Part shown: positions 17,652 through 29,350 of the stretch, piece after piece
Numbering within the stretch: the first letter of the stretch is position 1
Layout: the number at the start of each line of letters is the position of its first letter
Source: Bacteroidales bacterium
GTDB taxonomy: Bacteria > Bacteroidota > Bacteroidia > Bacteroidales > VadinHA17
Assembly: GCA_021371855.1 (NCBI GenBank)
Contig: JAJFVL010000046.1
Coordinates: 53,897 to 117,896 of the forward strand
Length of the DNA: 64,000 bases
Direction: 5' to 3'
Position numbers and translations under genes: made by a program
The notes under the pieces: generated by a model
What the model saw: only the letters and a program-made list of their open reading frames with translations
Databases searched by the model: none
Told to the model about the DNA's origin: nothing

Positions 17652-19828
17652 TTTCCCATTTCCGAGAGAAATTTAATCCTCATCAGCCTGATCTCCTCCT
17701 CTTCGAACTCATTTCCCAGTTCATTAATTGCATCTTCGAGTGAATCGGACTCAGCTTCTTCCCTGAAATATGAATATATATCATGCTGACGTTCTTCGTC
17801 GATCATGGTGTTGATATAATAATCGAGATTCAACCGGGTACCTGAATTTACAATTGCTTCGACCTCCGATAAAAGTTCGCTCATATCAAGCCCTTTTGCT
17901 TCAGCTATATCCACGAGGTCTCTTTTTGCATCAATGCTTTGGATAATATAAACTTTAATACCCGATTTATTAACTACCGATTTGACTACCATATCCAGAG
18001 GTCTGATTATCTCTTTTTCTTCAACATATTTTTTAATGATCTCCACGAATTCTTTGCCGTATCTCTGTGCTTTACCCGCACCAACGCCAGATATATTCTG
18101 TAGTTCATCGATGGTTATCGGATATTGGATAGCCATGTCTTCGAGTGACGGATCCTGGAAAATAACAAACGGCGGGACATCTTTTATCTTCGATATCTTT
18201 TTTCTCAGGTCCTTAAGAATACTGAACAATTCCTCATCTGTTGCAGATGTTTTTGCTCCAAAGGCATTATCTTCATCAGAAGTATCGGAATAGTCATGAT
18301 CTTCGGCAAGCATAAAAGAGGCAGGATTTTCAAGAAATTCTATTCCCTTTGGTGTCAATTTCAGAAGACCGTAATTTTCTATATCTTTTGTAAGTAACTT
18401 GGCGATGAGAGCCTGCCTGACAACCATGTTCCAGAACTTTTCATCCTTTTCCTCCCCGATCCCGAAAAATTCCAGTTTATGGTGTTTATATGATTTGATT
18501 GCAGATGTAACTTTTCCTGAAAGGATGTTTGAAATATGATCAGCTTTAAACTTTTCCTTTACAGCGAGTACCGTTTCCAGAACATTGACCACCGACTCAC
18601 TACCTTCAAATTGTGATTTCGGATGAAGGCAGTTATCGCAGGCTTCGCAGTTATCTTTTGTATATTCTTCTCCAAAATAGTGAAGCAGAGTTTTCCTCCG
18701 GCATATTGAGGATTCAGCATAAGATACCGTTTCAAGAAGGAGCTGTTTTCCGATCTCCTGTTCTGCAATCGGTTTCCCCTGCATAAATTTCTCGAGTTTC
18801 AGAATATCATTGTAACTATAATAAGCTATGCAGTTCCCCTCACCACCGTCACGGCCTGCTCTTCCGGTCTCCTGGTAATAGCCTTCAAGGCTCTTTGGTA
18901 TATCATAATGTATCACAAACCGCACATCAGGCTTATCGATCCCCATACCAAAGGCTATTGTTGCGACAATAACATCTACCTCTTCCATAAGGAACTTATC
19001 CTGGTTCATTGTTCGTGTTGCCGAATCCATACCGGCATGATAAGCAAGAGCTTTAATACCGTTAACCCTTAGAACTTCAGCTATTTCCTCAACTTTCTTC
19101 CGGCTCAGACAATAAATTATCCCTGATTTCCCGGAGTTGTTTTTAATATACTTTATGATCTCTTTTGTGACATCCTGCTTAGACTTAACCTCATAGTAAA
19201 GGTTTGGCCTGTTGAACGATGATTTAAAAACATCCGCCTCCAGTATACCCAGGTTTTTCAGGATGTCGTGTTGAACTTTCGGAGTGGCAGTTGCCGTAAG
19301 AGCTATGATGGGAGATCTTCCTATCGTATCTATTATTGGCCGTATGCGCCTGTATTCCGGTCTGAAGTCATGCCCCCACTCTGAAATGCAATGAGCTTCA
19401 TCAATAGCATAAAATGAAACATTAATATTTTTAAGAAACTCTATATTCTCTTCTTTTGTCAATGACTCCGGCGCAACATAAAGAAGTTTAGCTTTCCCCG
19501 ATAGAACATCATTTTTTACTTTTGCTACTTCAGTTTTTGTAAGTGAAGAGTTAAGAAAATGTGCGACATAATCGTCAGTGCTGAAATTCCTCATAGCATC
19601 AACCTGATTTTTCATAAGAGCTATAAGGGGAGATATAACTATAGCTGTCCCTTCCTTCATAACAGCAGGTAACTGGTAACAAAGTGACTTGCCCCCACCC
19701 GTTGGCATCAGAACAAAAGTATCTCTGCCTGACAGGACATTCTTTATTATATCCTCCTGATTACCTTTAAAAATATCAAAACCAAAATACTTTTTTAAGT
19801 AATCGTGTATTGTAGAATCGTTCAACAT
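17648..19828 (-). CDS. recQ: ATP-dependent DNA helicase RecQ
   Basis: Motifs PTGGGKSLCYQLP and DEAHCISEWGHDFRPEY are present, with a Zn-binding Cys cluster, RQC and a C-terminal HRDC domain. Confidence 0.95.
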   Translation of the reverse strand: MLNDSTIHDYLKKYFGFDIFKGNQEDIIKNVLSGRDTFVLMPTGGGKSLCYQLPAVMKEGTAIVISPLIALMKNQVDAMRNFSTDDYVAHFLNSSLTKTEVAKVKNDVLSGKAKLLYVAPESLTKEENIEFLKNINVSFYAIDEAHCISEWGHDFRPEYRRIRPIIDTIGRSPIIALTATATPKVQHDILKNLGILEADVFKSSFNRPNLYYEVKSKQDVTKEIIKYIKNNSGKSGIIYCLSRKKVEEIAEVLRVNGIKALAYHAGMDSATRTMNQDKFLMEEVDVIVATIAFGMGIDKPDVRFVIHYDIPKSLEGYYQETGRAGRDGGEGNCIAYYSYNDILKLEKFMQGKPIAEQEIGKQLLLETVSYAESSICRRKTLLHYFGEEYTKDNCEACDNCLHPKSQFEGSESVVNVLETVLAVKEKFKADHISNILSGKVTSAIKSYKHHKLEFFGIGEEKDEKFWNMVVRQALIAKLLTKDIENYGLLKLTPKGIEFLENPASFMLAEDHDYSDTSDEDNAFGAKTSATDEELFSILKDLRKKISKIKDVPPFVIFQDPSLEDMAIQYPITIDELQNISGVGAGKAQRYGKEFVEIIKKYVEEKEIIRPLDMVVKSVVNKSGIKVYIIQSIDAKRDLVDIAEAKGLDMSELLSEVEAIVNSGTRLNLDYYINTMIDEERQHDIYSYFREEAESDSLEDAINELGNEFEEEEIRLMRIKFLSEMGN

Positions 19829-20056
19829 ATTTTCCCAAAATGATAAAAAAATCCAACTTCACAGTAAGCAAAATTTACAGTGTATATAAAGTTACTAAAT
19901 TTCCTGATTAAATAAATGTTTTATGTTAATATTATCTAAAAGATATGTTAAATATCAATAAAAGAATTATTCACAGTATGGTCTGATATTTGTTTTGCAA
20001 GAGAAGATTTATCATCTTTACAGGCTTATTTTTAAATCTACTTTAACTGGCAACCC

Positions 20057-20935
20057 ATGTCAATATTATCAAATAGAGGAAAGAAGGGTGAAAAAGAGAT
20101 GTCATTTCTTGAACATCTTGAGGAGCTAAGATGGCATATTATCAGGTCCATATTGGCTATTGTTTTTTTTATGATAATTGCATTTGTCTTCAAGAATGTC
20201 CTTTTCGACAAAGTTATCCTTGGTCCAAAAAGTCCCGATTTCCCGACTAACCGTCTTTTATGTCAGCTTGGTGATTACCTTAATACACCGGCACTGTGTA
20301 TAAATACAAAGCCTTTAAACCTGATAAGCATAAAGATGTCGGGACAGATCACTACTCATATAACCGTAGCAATGGTTGCAGGTCTTATACTGGCATTCCC
20401 GATTATATTGTGGGAATTCTGGAAGTTCTTCAGACCTGCGCTCCATGAAAACGAGGCAAAGTATGCAAAAGGTGCTGTAGCAGCCTCTTCACTCCTCTTT
20501 TTTACCGGTGTTTTGTTTGGATATTATATGCTTGCTCCCCTCTCGATTCATTTTCTTTCAACCTACGAAATTAGTCCTGAAGTTGTCAATCAGATTAATA
20601 TAAGGTCATATATCGGCACTCTTACATCAATCTGCCTGGCCACGGGTGCTGTGTTCGAGTTACCAATTATAGCTTTTTTCCTGACGAAGATCGGCCTGGT
20701 TACTCCGGCATTCATGAGAAAATACAGGAAGCATGCTGTTGTGGTTATCTTCATTATTGCTGCAGTTATCACACCCCCTGATGTTTTCTCACAGACACTT
20801 GTAGCCATTCCTCTTCTGATTCTTTATGAGGTAAGCATTTTAATATCTGCAAGGGTAATGAAGCAAAAAGATAAAGATAGAAGTGAATTCATGAACGAAG
20901 ATAATTCCGATAAAACTGAGATAGCTACAACATAG
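20057..20935 (+). CDS. tatC: Twin-arginine translocase subunit TatC
   Basis: The [17 protein letters not shown] motif and six TM segments are present. An alternative start at 20099 (MSFLEHL) is equally plausible. Confidence 0.88.
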   Translation: MSILSNRGKKGEKEMSFLEHLEELRWHIIRSILAIVFFMIIAFVFKNVLFDKVILGPKSPDFPTNRLLCQLGDYLNTPALCINTKPLNLISIKMSGQITTHITVAMVAGLILAFPIILWEFWKFFRPALHENEAKYAKGAVAASSLLFFTGVLFGYYMLAPLSIHFLSTYEISPEVVNQINIRSYIGTLTSICLATGAVFELPIIAFFLTKIGLVTPAFMRKYRKHAVVVIFIIAAVITPPDVFSQTLVAIPLLILYEVSILISARVMKQKDKDRSEFMNEDNSDKTEIATT

Positions 20936-20942
20936 ACCAAAA

Positions 20943-21668
20943 ATGAAATTATTTACTGAAAATCTTGTAAAAAAATATCATAACCGTACAGTTGTTGACC
21001 ATGTTTCTATTGAGGTTAACCAGGGCGAGATAGTCGGTTTGCTTGGTCCTAACGGTGCCGGAAAGACTACCTCATTTTACATGATTGTCGGTTTGATCAG
21101 GCCCCGCGAGGGAAAAATATTTCTTGACAATGAAGAAATAACATTACTCCCTGTTTATAAGCGTGCCAGAAAAGGCATCGGCTATCTTGCGCAGGAGGCC
21201 TCAGTATTCAGGAACATGTCAGTTGAAGACAATATCCGTGCTGTTCTCGAAATGTCGGGTTTCCCGGCTGAGGAGCAAAAAGAAAGACTCGAAAATCTAA
21301 TGAACGAATTTGGTCTCCAGAAAATAAGGAAAAGCAAAGGGATACAACTCTCCGGAGGGGAAAGAAGACGTACCGAAATTGCAAGAGCTCTTGCCCTCAA
21401 ACCTAAATTCATTTTACTCGATGAACCTTTCGCCGGTGTCGATCCTATAGCCGTTGAAGATATACAGGAGATTGTATCAAAGCTGAAAGATAAAAATATC
21501 GGAATTCTTATTACTGACCATAACGTTCATGAAACTCTTTCCATTACCGATCGTGCATACCTTCTTTTTGAGGGACGCATCCTTAAATCGGGCACTGCTT
21601 CACAACTTGCAGATGATGAGCATGTAAGAAAAGTCTATCTTGGAAAGAACTTTGAACTACGCAAGTAA
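20943..21668 (+). CDS. lptB: LPS export ABC transporter ATP-binding protein
   Basis: Walker [10 protein letters not shown], signature LSGGERRR and Walker [13 protein letters not shown] are present. The 241-aa length and the C-terminal tail are typical of LptB. Confidence 0.88.
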   Translation: MKLFTENLVKKYHNRTVVDHVSIEVNQGEIVGLLGPNGAGKTTSFYMIVGLIRPREGKIFLDNEEITLLPVYKRARKGIGYLAQEASVFRNMSVEDNIRAVLEMSGFPAEEQKERLENLMNEFGLQKIRKSKGIQLSGGERRRTEIARALALKPKFILLDEPFAGVDPIAVEDIQEIVSKLKDKNIGILITDHNVHETLSITDRAYLLFEGRILKSGTASQLADDEHVRKVYLGKNFELRK

Positions 21669-21700
21669 CACAATCTGTTTGATTTGATAATTATTTATTA

Positions 21701-21708
21701 TACTTTTG
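21701..21708 (+). promoter_or_regulatory. Candidate -7 box (TACTTTTG) for tRNA-Leu
   Basis: It matches TAnnTTTG, 16 nt upstream of the first base of the tRNA. Confidence 0.5.
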
Positions 21709-21724
21709 CGGGGATTTTTTTGAC

Positions 21725-21807
21725 GCGGATGTGTCGTAATTGGTAGCCGAGCAAGACTTAGGATCTTGTGTCCTCGTGACGTGGGGGTTCGAGTCCCTTC
21801 ATCCGCA
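21725..21807 (+). tRNA. tRNA-Leu, anticodon TAG
   Basis: The acceptor stem is GCGGATG/CATCCGC with discriminator A. The anticodon stem is CAAGA/TCTTG with loop CTTAGGA. It has a long class II variable arm and a T-arm GGGGG-TTCGAGT-CCCTT. The 3' CCA is not encoded. Confidence 0.9.
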
Positions 21808-21817
21808 CAAATATGTC

Positions 21818-21863
21818 AAACCGCCCGTAACGATCTTTAATAGTGCGTTTTGGCGGTTTTTTT
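21818..21863 (+). terminator. Possible terminator after tRNA-Leu
   Basis: AAACCGCC ... GGCGGTTT forms an 8-bp stem with a long loop, followed by TTTTT. Confidence 0.45.
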
Positions 21864-21888
21864 AACCATGGAATAAACAAAGACTGAA

Positions 21889-23238
21889 ATGAATATCACC
21901 AGAGAAAACATCGACGATCTGAATGCTGTATTAAAAGTAAAGATCGAAAAAGCCGATTATGAAGATAAAGTAGAAACCGTGCTTAAGGACTACAGGAAAA
22001 AAGCAAATATCAAAGGATTCCGCCCCGGAATGGTTCCTATAGGTCTCGTAAAGAAAATGTATGGTAAAGCTGTTCAGATCGACGAAATCAATAAAGTTGT
22101 AACCGATAATATTCAGAAATATATATCTGATGAAAAACTTGAAGTTCTTGGTGATCCGCTGCCAAAAACAGATGACCAGGAGATAATTGACTTCGATACC
22201 CAGGAAGAGTTTACATTCTCATTTGAACTTGGATTGTCACCTCTGATTGAATTGAAGTTAAGCAAAAAAAATAAAGTCAACCAGTATCAGATAATCATCG
22301 ACGAAAAGATGAAGAACGATTATCTTGATAACTATACACGCCGTTTCGGGGAGTTAAAAAATGCTGACTCAACTGAAGAAAAAGATGTTATAAAGGGAAA
22401 AATTGAAGCAATTGACAAGGATAAAAATGTTATACCTGAAGGCATTTCAGCTGAAGACACCTCTCTTGCCATTGATCTCATTAAAGATGAAACGATCAAA
22501 AAACAATTTATCGGGAAAAGCCAGAACGATACAATAGATTTTGATCCGAAAAAAGCTTTTCCAAACGATAACGAATTAGCCGGATTATTACGTAAGAAAA
22601 AAGAGGAGGTTGAAACTATTGAAGGAGACTTCAGATTTACTATCAGCCAAATAAACCGTTTCTACCCTGCGGAAGTTGGACAGGAACTGTTCGACAGAAT
22701 ATACGGGGAAGGGATTGTGAATTCACAGGAAGAATTCATGAAAAAAATTGAAGACGAGATCACTAAAAATCTGAAGCGTGAAAGCGATTTCAAATTAATG
22801 ATGGATATCAAAAATCTTGCACTCGAAAAAACCGAAATCCAGCTTCCTGAAGAGTTCCTGAAAAAATGGCTCCTTAGGGTCAATGAAAAAACTACCCAGG
22901 AACAGATCGAAAAAGAATTTGATAGTTTCAGGAAAGACCTTAGATGGCAGTTGATCAGGAATAAGGTTGCAAAGGACAATGATGTGAAAATAAGTGATGA
23001 AGATCTTCAGGCAGAAGCTGAAAATATTACCAGGTATCAGTTCCAGCAATATGGATTATTCTACGCAAACGACGAACAGATAAGCAATTATGCAAAAGAG
23101 ACCCTCAAACGGGAGGATGATGCAAAAAGAATAGCTGATAAAATCCTCGAAGAAAAGGTTATTGCAATTATGAAAGAACTTGTGAAACTTGAAGAAAAAA
23201 GTGTCACTGTAGAGGAATTTAATAAGCTTTTTGAATAG
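21889..23238 (+). CDS. tig: Trigger factor
   Basis: 449 aa. It has a ribosome-binding N-terminal motif (GFRPGMVP) and sits in the conserved gene order tig-clpP-clpX. Confidence 0.9.
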   Translation: MNITRENIDDLNAVLKVKIEKADYEDKVETVLKDYRKKANIKGFRPGMVPIGLVKKMYGKAVQIDEINKVVTDNIQKYISDEKLEVLGDPLPKTDDQEIIDFDTQEEFTFSFELGLSPLIELKLSKKNKVNQYQIIIDEKMKNDYLDNYTRRFGELKNADSTEEKDVIKGKIEAIDKDKNVIPEGISAEDTSLAIDLIKDETIKKQFIGKSQNDTIDFDPKKAFPNDNELAGLLRKKKEEVETIEGDFRFTISQINRFYPAEVGQELFDRIYGEGIVNSQEEFMKKIEDEITKNLKRESDFKLMMDIKNLALEKTEIQLPEEFLKKWLLRVNEKTTQEQIEKEFDSFRKDLRWQLIRNKVAKDNDVKISDEDLQAEAENITRYQFQQYGLFYANDEQISNYAKETLKREDDAKRIADKILEEKVIAIMKELVKLEEKSVTVEEFNKLFE

Positions 23239-23277
23239 TAGTAATCAATACGTTGAGAAAACTTCCTTGTTTTTGAC

Positions 23278-23285
23278 TATATTTG
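23278..23285 (+). promoter_or_regulatory. Candidate -7 box (TATATTTG) for clpP-clpX
   Basis: It matches TAnnTTTG, 28 nt upstream of the clpP ATG. Confidence 0.5.
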
Positions 23286-23313
23286 CACCATAAACATAAA
23301 TAAACCTGTAACC

Positions 23314-23991
23314 ATGAATATTCTTGACGATTTTGGGAAATATGCAAGAAGCAACTACGGAGTCAGCAGCATGAGCCTTCACAAATACTCTTCTGTATCC
23401 GCAAACTATATCTCCCCTACCATTATTGAAGAACGACAGCTTAATGTAGCATCTATGGATGTCTTCTCACGTCTGATGATGGACAGGATAATCTTCCTGG
23501 GCACGCCAATAGACGAAGATGTCGCTAACATCATTCAGGCCCAGTTGCTTTATCTCGATTCAGCCGATCCCGGAAAAGATATTCAGATATACTTCAATAC
23601 TCCCGGTGGATCAGTCAATGCAGGTCTTGGTATTTATGATACCATGCAGTATATTTCATGCGACATTGCAACTATCTGCACCGGGATGGCCGCCTCAATG
23701 GGCGCTGTCCTACTTACCGCCGGTACAAAAGGTAAAAGATCAGCTCTTAAACATTCGAGGATAATGATCCATCAGCCAATGGGCGGCGCAGAAGGACCTG
23801 CTTCAGATATAGAAATTACTGTACGTGAAATTGTTAAACTAAAGAGAGAACTCTACGAGATAATTGCACTTCATTCAGAAAATACGGTTGAAAAGGTTGA
23901 AAAAGATTCTGACAGAGATTACTGGATGACATCCCAGGAAGCTAAAGACTACGGGATGATTGATGAAATTCTTCTTAAAAATAAAAAATAG
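23314..23991 (+). CDS. clpP: ATP-dependent Clp protease proteolytic subunit
   Basis: The catalytic serine context GMAASMGAVLL, the histidine context IMIHQPMGG and the aspartate context RDYWM are all present. Confidence 0.95.
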   Translation: MNILDDFGKYARSNYGVSSMSLHKYSSVSANYISPTIIEERQLNVASMDVFSRLMMDRIIFLGTPIDEDVANIIQAQLLYLDSADPGKDIQIYFNTPGGSVNAGLGIYDTMQYISCDIATICTGMAASMGAVLLTAGTKGKRSALKHSRIMIHQPMGGAEGPASDIEITVREIVKLKRELYEIIALHSENTVEKVEKDSDRDYWMTSQEAKDYGMIDEILLKNKK

Positions 23992-23997
23992 TATCCG

Positions 23998-25212
23998 ATG
24001 GATAAATGTTCATTTTGCGGCAGGACAAAGAAAGAAGCCAACATACTGATAGCTGGTCTCGAGGGACATATTTGCGACCACTGCATTGAGCAGGCTTACA
24101 GCATAATGAACGAAGAACTTGGGAGTAAGAAGAATCCTGCATTTGATACTATCAACCTGCTTAAACCTATTGAGATAAAAAACTTTCTCGACCAGTATGT
24201 TATTGGTCAGGATATGGCAAAAAAGATAATTTCGGTAGCTGTATATAACCACTATAAAAGGTTGATGCAAAAGCCTGATGCCGAAGATATTGAGATCGAA
24301 AAATCAAATATAATACTTGTCGGTGAAACAGGAACCGGAAAAACACTTCTCGCACGTACTGTTGCAAAAATGCTGCATGTCCCATTTACAATTGTCGATG
24401 CTACTGTTCTTACTGAAGCCGGCTATGTAGGTGAAGACATCGAAAGCCTTCTTACCCGTCTGCTGCAAAATGCAGATTATGATGTTAAAGCTGCAGAAAA
24501 AGGCATCGTTTTTATTGATGAGATCGACAAGATTGCAAGGAAAGGTGATAACCCTTCAATAACCCGCGACGTATCAGGAGAAGGTGTTCAACAGGGACTT
24601 TTAAAATTGCTCGAAGGATCAATAGTAAATGTACCACCCCAGGGCGGGCGTAAACATCCTGAACAAAAAATGATCCCGGTTGATACAAAAAATATACTTT
24701 TTATTTGCGGTGGTGCTTTTGAGGGGATTGAAAAGAGAATTGCACAACGCCTTAATACTCAGATCGTCGGCTACGGAGCTTCAAAAATAAGGGATAGGGT
24801 GGATAAAGACAACCTCCTTCAATATATAGCACCACAGGATCTCAGAGCATTTGGCCTCATACCGGAAATAATCGGCAGGTTACCAATTCTGACTCATCTT
24901 GACCCTCTCGACAGAAAAGCCCTGCGCGCAATCCTTACTGAACCCAGGAATGCGCTGGTAAAACAGTATATTAAACTGTTCAAGATGGACAATATCGACC
25001 TTACATTTGCTGAAGGTGTACTCGATTATATTGTCGACAAAGCTATTGAATTCAAACTCGGAGCCCGCGGCTTAAGGTCGATATGTGAAACCATTATGCT
25101 CGATGCCATGTTTGATATGCCATCTGAAGAGACAAATGAGCTGGAAATAACACTCGACTACGCCAGCCACAAGCTTGAAAGAGTAAATCTGAAAATGCTG
25201 AAAGTGTCATAA
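23998..25212 (+). CDS. clpX: ATP-dependent Clp protease ATP-binding subunit ClpX
   Basis: It has an N-terminal C4 zinc finger (CSFCGR...CDHC), Walker A GETGTGKT, Walker B FIDEIDK and a GARGLR sensor motif. Confidence 0.96.
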   Translation: MDKCSFCGRTKKEANILIAGLEGHICDHCIEQAYSIMNEELGSKKNPAFDTINLLKPIEIKNFLDQYVIGQDMAKKIISVAVYNHYKRLMQKPDAEDIEIEKSNIILVGETGTGKTLLARTVAKMLHVPFTIVDATVLTEAGYVGEDIESLLTRLLQNADYDVKAAEKGIVFIDEIDKIARKGDNPSITRDVSGEGVQQGLLKLLEGSIVNVPPQGGRKHPEQKMIPVDTKNILFICGGAFEGIEKRIAQRLNTQIVGYGASKIRDRVDKDNLLQYIAPQDLRAFGLIPEIIGRLPILTHLDPLDRKALRAILTEPRNALVKQYIKLFKMDNIDLTFAEGVLDYIVDKAIEFKLGARGLRSICETIMLDAMFDMPSEETNELEITLDYASHKLERVNLKMLKVS

Positions 25213-25266
25213 AAGAGCCTGCTGCAGGGTAACCCTGGAAAGGAATACCCAAGAGCGACTCAATCC

Positions 25267-25764
25267 TTACTTTTTTCTATTCTTTCGTTCATAAATCACA
25301 TAAGCATAAGATACCTCGTTGCTTTCGTCTGCATTAAACTCATCCTTTTCCACAACCTCCCATATACCAGGGTCTATTTCCGGAAAGTATACATCGGCAG
25401 GAGTTTTTTTGTGAACATGTGTGATATAAAGCCGGTCAGCAATTGGCATGAACTGACGATAAACACTGCCTCCGCCCATTATAAATACATCTTCATCCTT
25501 TTCACATTTACTTACTGCATCCTCAATAGAATATACAGTAACTGCGCCATCTATGCATTCGTGAGGAATGTCTGTAAGAACAATGTTCTTCCGGCCTGGG
25601 AGAGGCCGCTTTGGCAACGATTCCCAGGTCTTCTTACCCATTATCACAGTTTTCCCGTATGTCAGTTTTTTAAATCTCCTGAGATCATCGGGAATGTGCC
25701 ATAAAAGTTCATTGTTCTTCCCGATTCCCATATCGTCTGACACAGCAACTATAATTGAAATCAT
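25267..25764 (-). CDS. folA: Dihydrofolate reductase
   Basis: 165 aa with MISIIVAVSDDMGIGKNNELLWHIPDDLRRFKKLT and GRKNIVLT motifs. It lies downstream of thyA. Confidence 0.92.
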   Translation of the reverse strand: MISIIVAVSDDMGIGKNNELLWHIPDDLRRFKKLTYGKTVIMGKKTWESLPKRPLPGRKNIVLTDIPHECIDGAVTVYSIEDAVSKCEKDEDVFIMGGGSVYRQFMPIADRLYITHVHKKTPADVYFPEIDPGIWEVVEKDEFNADESNEVSYAYVIYERKNRKK

Positions 25765-25776
25765 ATCTTATTAATG

Positions 25777-26571
25777 TTATACTGAAATTTCACCTTTAAT
25801 ATGAGGATGCGAAACATATTCAGATAGAGTAAAATCATCATACCTGAACTTAAGGATATCATTTACATCGGGATTAATGGTCATCTTAGGCAAATGATAT
25901 GGCTCCCTTGTAAGCTGTAATTTAACCTGTTCAATATGGTTAAGATAAATATGTGCATCGCCGAAAGTATGAACAAAATCGCCTGGTTTCAGGCCGGTTA
26001 CCTGGGCAACCATCATTGTGAGAAGAGAATAAGATGCAATATTGAAGGGTACTCCAATAAAAATATCAGCACTGCGCTGGTAAAGCTGACATGATAATTT
26101 TCCTCCTGCAACATAAAACTGAAACATTACGTGGCACGGAGGAAGAGCCATCTTGTCTAATTCCCCTACATTCCATGCACTTACAATATGACGACGGGAG
26201 TCAGGTGAGTTTTTTATGGAATTAATTACATTCAGCAACTGGTCAATCTTTTTACCTCCATCAGCCGGCCATGAACGCCACTGGTAACCGTAAACCGGTC
26301 CCAGGTTCCCATCTTCATCAGACCAGTCGTCCCAAATTTTTACACCGTTTTCTTTAAGATACCTGATATTGGTATCACCTGCAATAAACCAGAGCAGTTC
26401 GTGAATAATGGACTTAAGATGCAGCTTTTTAGTGGTCAGAAGGGGAAAGCCTTCTTCAAGGTTAAATCTCATCTGATAACCAAATACACTGATTGTTCCG
26501 GTTCCTGTCCTGTCACTCTTTTCAGTGCCGTTCTTTAAAACATGATCAAGAAGATCAAGATATTGTCGCAT
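25777..26571 (-). CDS. thyA: Thymidylate synthase
   Basis: The 264-aa ThyA signature is present, including the active-site motif ALPPCH and DRTGTGT. Confidence 0.96.
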   Translation of the reverse strand: MRQYLDLLDHVLKNGTEKSDRTGTGTISVFGYQMRFNLEEGFPLLTTKKLHLKSIIHELLWFIAGDTNIRYLKENGVKIWDDWSDEDGNLGPVYGYQWRSWPADGGKKIDQLLNVINSIKNSPDSRRHIVSAWNVGELDKMALPPCHVMFQFYVAGGKLSCQLYQRSADIFIGVPFNIASYSLLTMMVAQVTGLKPGDFVHTFGDAHIYLNHIEQVKLQLTREPYHLPKMTINPDVNDILKFRYDDFTLSEYVSHPHIKGEISV

Positions 26572-26588
26572 TCTGATAATTATATTTG

Positions 26589-28535
26589 TTATTTAGGTGA
26601 AATTCTTGCTGCATAGCCTCCACCCGGAGCCAGATGGATCTTCATCTTATCACCTGATTTAACATTAAGTTTCAAATGTTTATAATCGCCTGCATACTTG
26701 TCGGCATTAATACCGTCCTGAAATATGTCCATGACATATTCCCCTTCAGGAAGAAAAGAAAGATCCAGATTCATGTCACGGCTTGTCCAGTCCGTAAGAG
26801 CTCCTACAAACCATTCTTTCCCGGAACGTCTTGCCAGCAGAAGATAATCTCCGACCTTGCCATCAAGACCAATAATATCGTCCCAGATAACAGGAATACT
26901 AACAATATAATCAGTCGTTTCCTGCTCTTTCATATAATTGGAAGGGCTGTCGCAAAGCATCTGCAAAGGGCTCTCATAAATAACATATAATGCAACCTGA
27001 TGAGCTCTTGTACCCTGACTGGTGGGACGGGTAAACTGAGGATTGAAGTTTGCTTTTTCCATATTTACCATAGCCCCGGGGGTATAATCCATTGGTCCTG
27101 CTACCATTCTTGTAAAAGGGATTGTTACATCGTGGTCGGGACTGACATCTTTGCTCCACTTGTCATTCTCCATTCCTTTTACTCCTTCCCTTGTAAGAGC
27201 ATTGGGATAAGTGCGCCCCAATCCATCAGGTTTATAAGCTCCGTGAAAGTCAATAAGAAGATGATGCCCGGCAGCTTTCCGTGTTGCATCATGGTAAAAA
27301 TTGACAACAGGCTGGTCGTCTCTCTGCATAAAATCGACTTTTATTCCTTTTACCCCCCATTTCTCATACTGTTCAAGAGCCTGGTCAATCTGATCATTAA
27401 GTGACTTCCATACCACCCATAAAATTATTCCTACGTTTTTACTTCCGGCATATTTACAAAGTTCGGGTACATTAATTTCCGGAACCTGTTCAAGCACATT
27501 ACCCAATTTGTACCATCCTTCATCAAGGATGACATATTCGATACCGTTCCTTGAAGCAAAATCAATATAATATTTATAGGTTTGGTTGTTAATCCCTGAA
27601 TTGAAATCAACACCATAAATATTATTGGCATTCCACCAATCCCAGGCTACCTGTCCCGGTTTAATCCATTTTGTATCTTCAATCTTACTGGGAGAAGCAA
27701 GCCTGAATACCAGGTCGCTTTCAAGCAACTTAACATCATTCTCAGCAATCACGTATGTGCGCCATGGAAATGTGCGTGTCCCTTTAGTTCTTGCAATGTA
27801 ATCTTTTGTACTTGTAACATGAAGATCACGGTCCCCTTTAAGCTTTTCAGTATCGGGATACTTTGGCCATGTTGAACTTATTTTTCCGGAACCTGCACCC
27901 AGCAACCACATCCCCGGATAATCAATAATATCCGATTCAGTAACAAGAAGATTGGCACCATTTACCTGGAAAAGTGCCGGCAGGCTTGCAAGATGTCTAT
28001 TGCTTAGTGTATCAACTGAAGAATAGATAAATGTTCTTTCATTATGTGACATAAACCCTGTTTCAAGCGGATACCATGAATAAGATCCCGAAGGGAATTG
28101 TAATTCCGAAACTTCATTCTTAACTATAATTTCATCTTTCAGAGATGTTTCAAATCGATAGGCAACACCATCATTATAAGCTCTGAACTGAAGTGAAAAA
28201 CCCGATTTGAAAGAAATTGAAAAAATATTACAGTTATCTGAAATCTCCGATCTCTTATTGGCGACAACCGGTTTTATTATCTCATGCAACTGGCTGAAAT
28301 TTATTTTTTTAACCTTTTCATTTTCCCCCAGCACTTTCCCGCTGGTAAGTGCCATTGCAATTTTTGGTGATTTCACAATCTCTTTCCCGTTTAATGTTGC
28401 CGACCATTTAATATCATTCCCGACACTTACAATCAGGGATATTTTACCATCAGGAGAATTGATCTTATAATCAGTTGCAGAAGCGTATCCTGCCGTGAAT
28501 ACAAACATAAAAACCAGTAGTAATATTTTATTCAT
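26589..28535 (-). CDS. GH97 family alpha-glucosidase (SusB-like), secreted
   Basis: It has the signal peptide [20 protein letters not shown] and a GH97-like N-terminus (SPDGKI...) followed by a central TIM-barrel region. I moved the start to 28535 because the 44-codon extension in the track reads through repeat element E2. Confidence 0.8.
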   Translation of the reverse strand: MNKILLLVFMFVFTAGYASATDYKINSPDGKISLIVSVGNDIKWSATLNGKEIVKSPKIAMALTSGKVLGENEKVKKINFSQLHEIIKPVVANKRSEISDNCNIFSISFKSGFSLQFRAYNDGVAYRFETSLKDEIIVKNEVSELQFPSGSYSWYPLETGFMSHNERTFIYSSVDTLSNRHLASLPALFQVNGANLLVTESDIIDYPGMWLLGAGSGKISSTWPKYPDTEKLKGDRDLHVTSTKDYIARTKGTRTFPWRTYVIAENDVKLLESDLVFRLASPSKIEDTKWIKPGQVAWDWWNANNIYGVDFNSGINNQTYKYYIDFASRNGIEYVILDEGWYKLGNVLEQVPEINVPELCKYAGSKNVGIILWVVWKSLNDQIDQALEQYEKWGVKGIKVDFMQRDDQPVVNFYHDATRKAAGHHLLIDFHGAYKPDGLGRTYPNALTREGVKGMENDKWSKDVSPDHDVTIPFTRMVAGPMDYTPGAMVNMEKANFNPQFTRPTSQGTRAHQVALYVIYESPLQMLCDSPSNYMKEQETTDYIVSIPVIWDDIIGLDGKVGDYLLLARRSGKEWFVGALTDWTSRDMNLDLSFLPEGEYVMDIFQDGINADKYAGDYKHLKLNVKSGDKMKIHLAPGGGYAARISPK

Positions 28536-28574
28536 ACGTATATAATTTAATTTTAAAGGTTCCTGCGCAGCGGG

Positions 28575-28680
28575 AGAACCACACATGCTTGAAAATGAAT
28601 TATATTCATTCCTGTTTAGCTTTGCTGAGCTCTCCCGACAAGTCGGGATCGGTTGTGATTGGATCAATCATGTGGGTTTC
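28575..28680 (-). repeat. Hairpin (MITE/REP-like) element, copy E2, upstream of the GH97 gene
   Basis: In gene sense it begins GAAACCCACATGATTGATCC and ends CAAGCATGTGTGGTTC. Its 58-nt core is near-identical to copy E3 and contains the CCCGAC-TT-GTCGGG hairpin. Confidence 0.8.
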
Positions 28681-28726
28681 ATTTTTTTAGTTTGAAAATT
28701 ATTTCGATTAAAAATCTATGCAGGAA

Positions 28727-29323
28727 TCAACCTTTCTTTTTCTTTCTTCGCTCAATCTCATCCCTTACAGCCGCGGCACGCTCGTAATCTTCAGTTTTCA
28801 CAGCTTCATCAATCATCTTGTAGAGCTCCTCATCTGAGTATGTGCTAAATTTCGTTTTCTCCGGCTCAAGAATATTGTCGTTATTGCTGTTTTCTGACGT
28901 TTCAACATCTGAAGGGCTTATGGTTATTCCTGCTTTATCAAGGATATCTTCGGTTATATAAATCGGACATCCGAATCTCAATGCAATTGCCACGGCATCA
29001 GAAGTTCTGCTGTCGATGGAATACTCTTTTTCGTCATTACTGCAAACAAGTTTTGAAAAGAATACACCTTCTTCTAATTTGTAAATCATAACCTCTGTAA
29101 CAGAAATATTAAATTCATCTGCAAATTTCTTAAAAAGATCATGTGTCAATGGTCGCGGAGGATCGAGGTTTTCAAGCTTAATGACAATTGCCTGTGCTTC
29201 AAAACCACCTATAATGATGGGGATTCTTCTGTCGCCACCCTCTTCAATCAATATCAATGCATAAGCCCCAGATTGCGTCTGACTGTACGATATGCCCATT
29301 ACCTTTAATTTAACTCTTTTCAT
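28727..29323 (-). CDS. Bifunctional nuclease family protein (DUF151-like) with a C-terminal UVR motif
   Basis: 198 aa. It has a BFN-type N-terminal domain (RIPIIIGGFEAQAI...PRPLTHDL) and a C-terminal UvrB/C-like helix YERAAAVRDEIERR. Confidence 0.75.
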   Translation of the reverse strand: MKRVKLKVMGISYSQTQSGAYALILIEEGGDRRIPIIIGGFEAQAIVIKLENLDPPRPLTHDLFKKFADEFNISVTEVMIYKLEEGVFFSKLVCSNDEKEYSIDSRTSDAVAIALRFGCPIYITEDILDKAGITISPSDVETSENSNNDNILEPEKTKFSTYSDEELYKMIDEAVKTEDYERAAAVRDEIERRKKKKG

Positions 29324-29350
29324 CCGTATAAAATTTATTTAAGGTAGGAT

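Noticed and set aside
19829-20056. A possible small tatA gene upstream of tatC in the 228-bp spacer.
   Set aside because: I found no frame encoding a TatA-like hydrophobic helix followed by an amphipathic helix. The region is an AT-rich promoter-like sequence.
21725-21888. tRNA-Leu as an integration hotspot, with an integrase or genomic island downstream.
   Set aside because: The tRNA is followed directly by tig-clpP-clpX. There is no integrase, no direct repeat of the tRNA 3' end and no compositional shift visible.
28536-28667. The 44-codon N-terminal extension of the GH97 ORF (MIQSQPIPTCRESSAKLNRNEY...) given in the ORF track.
   Set aside because: It reads straight through repeat element E2. 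The downstream Met begins a textbook signal peptide ([20 protein letters not shown]), so the extension is almost certainly non-coding.
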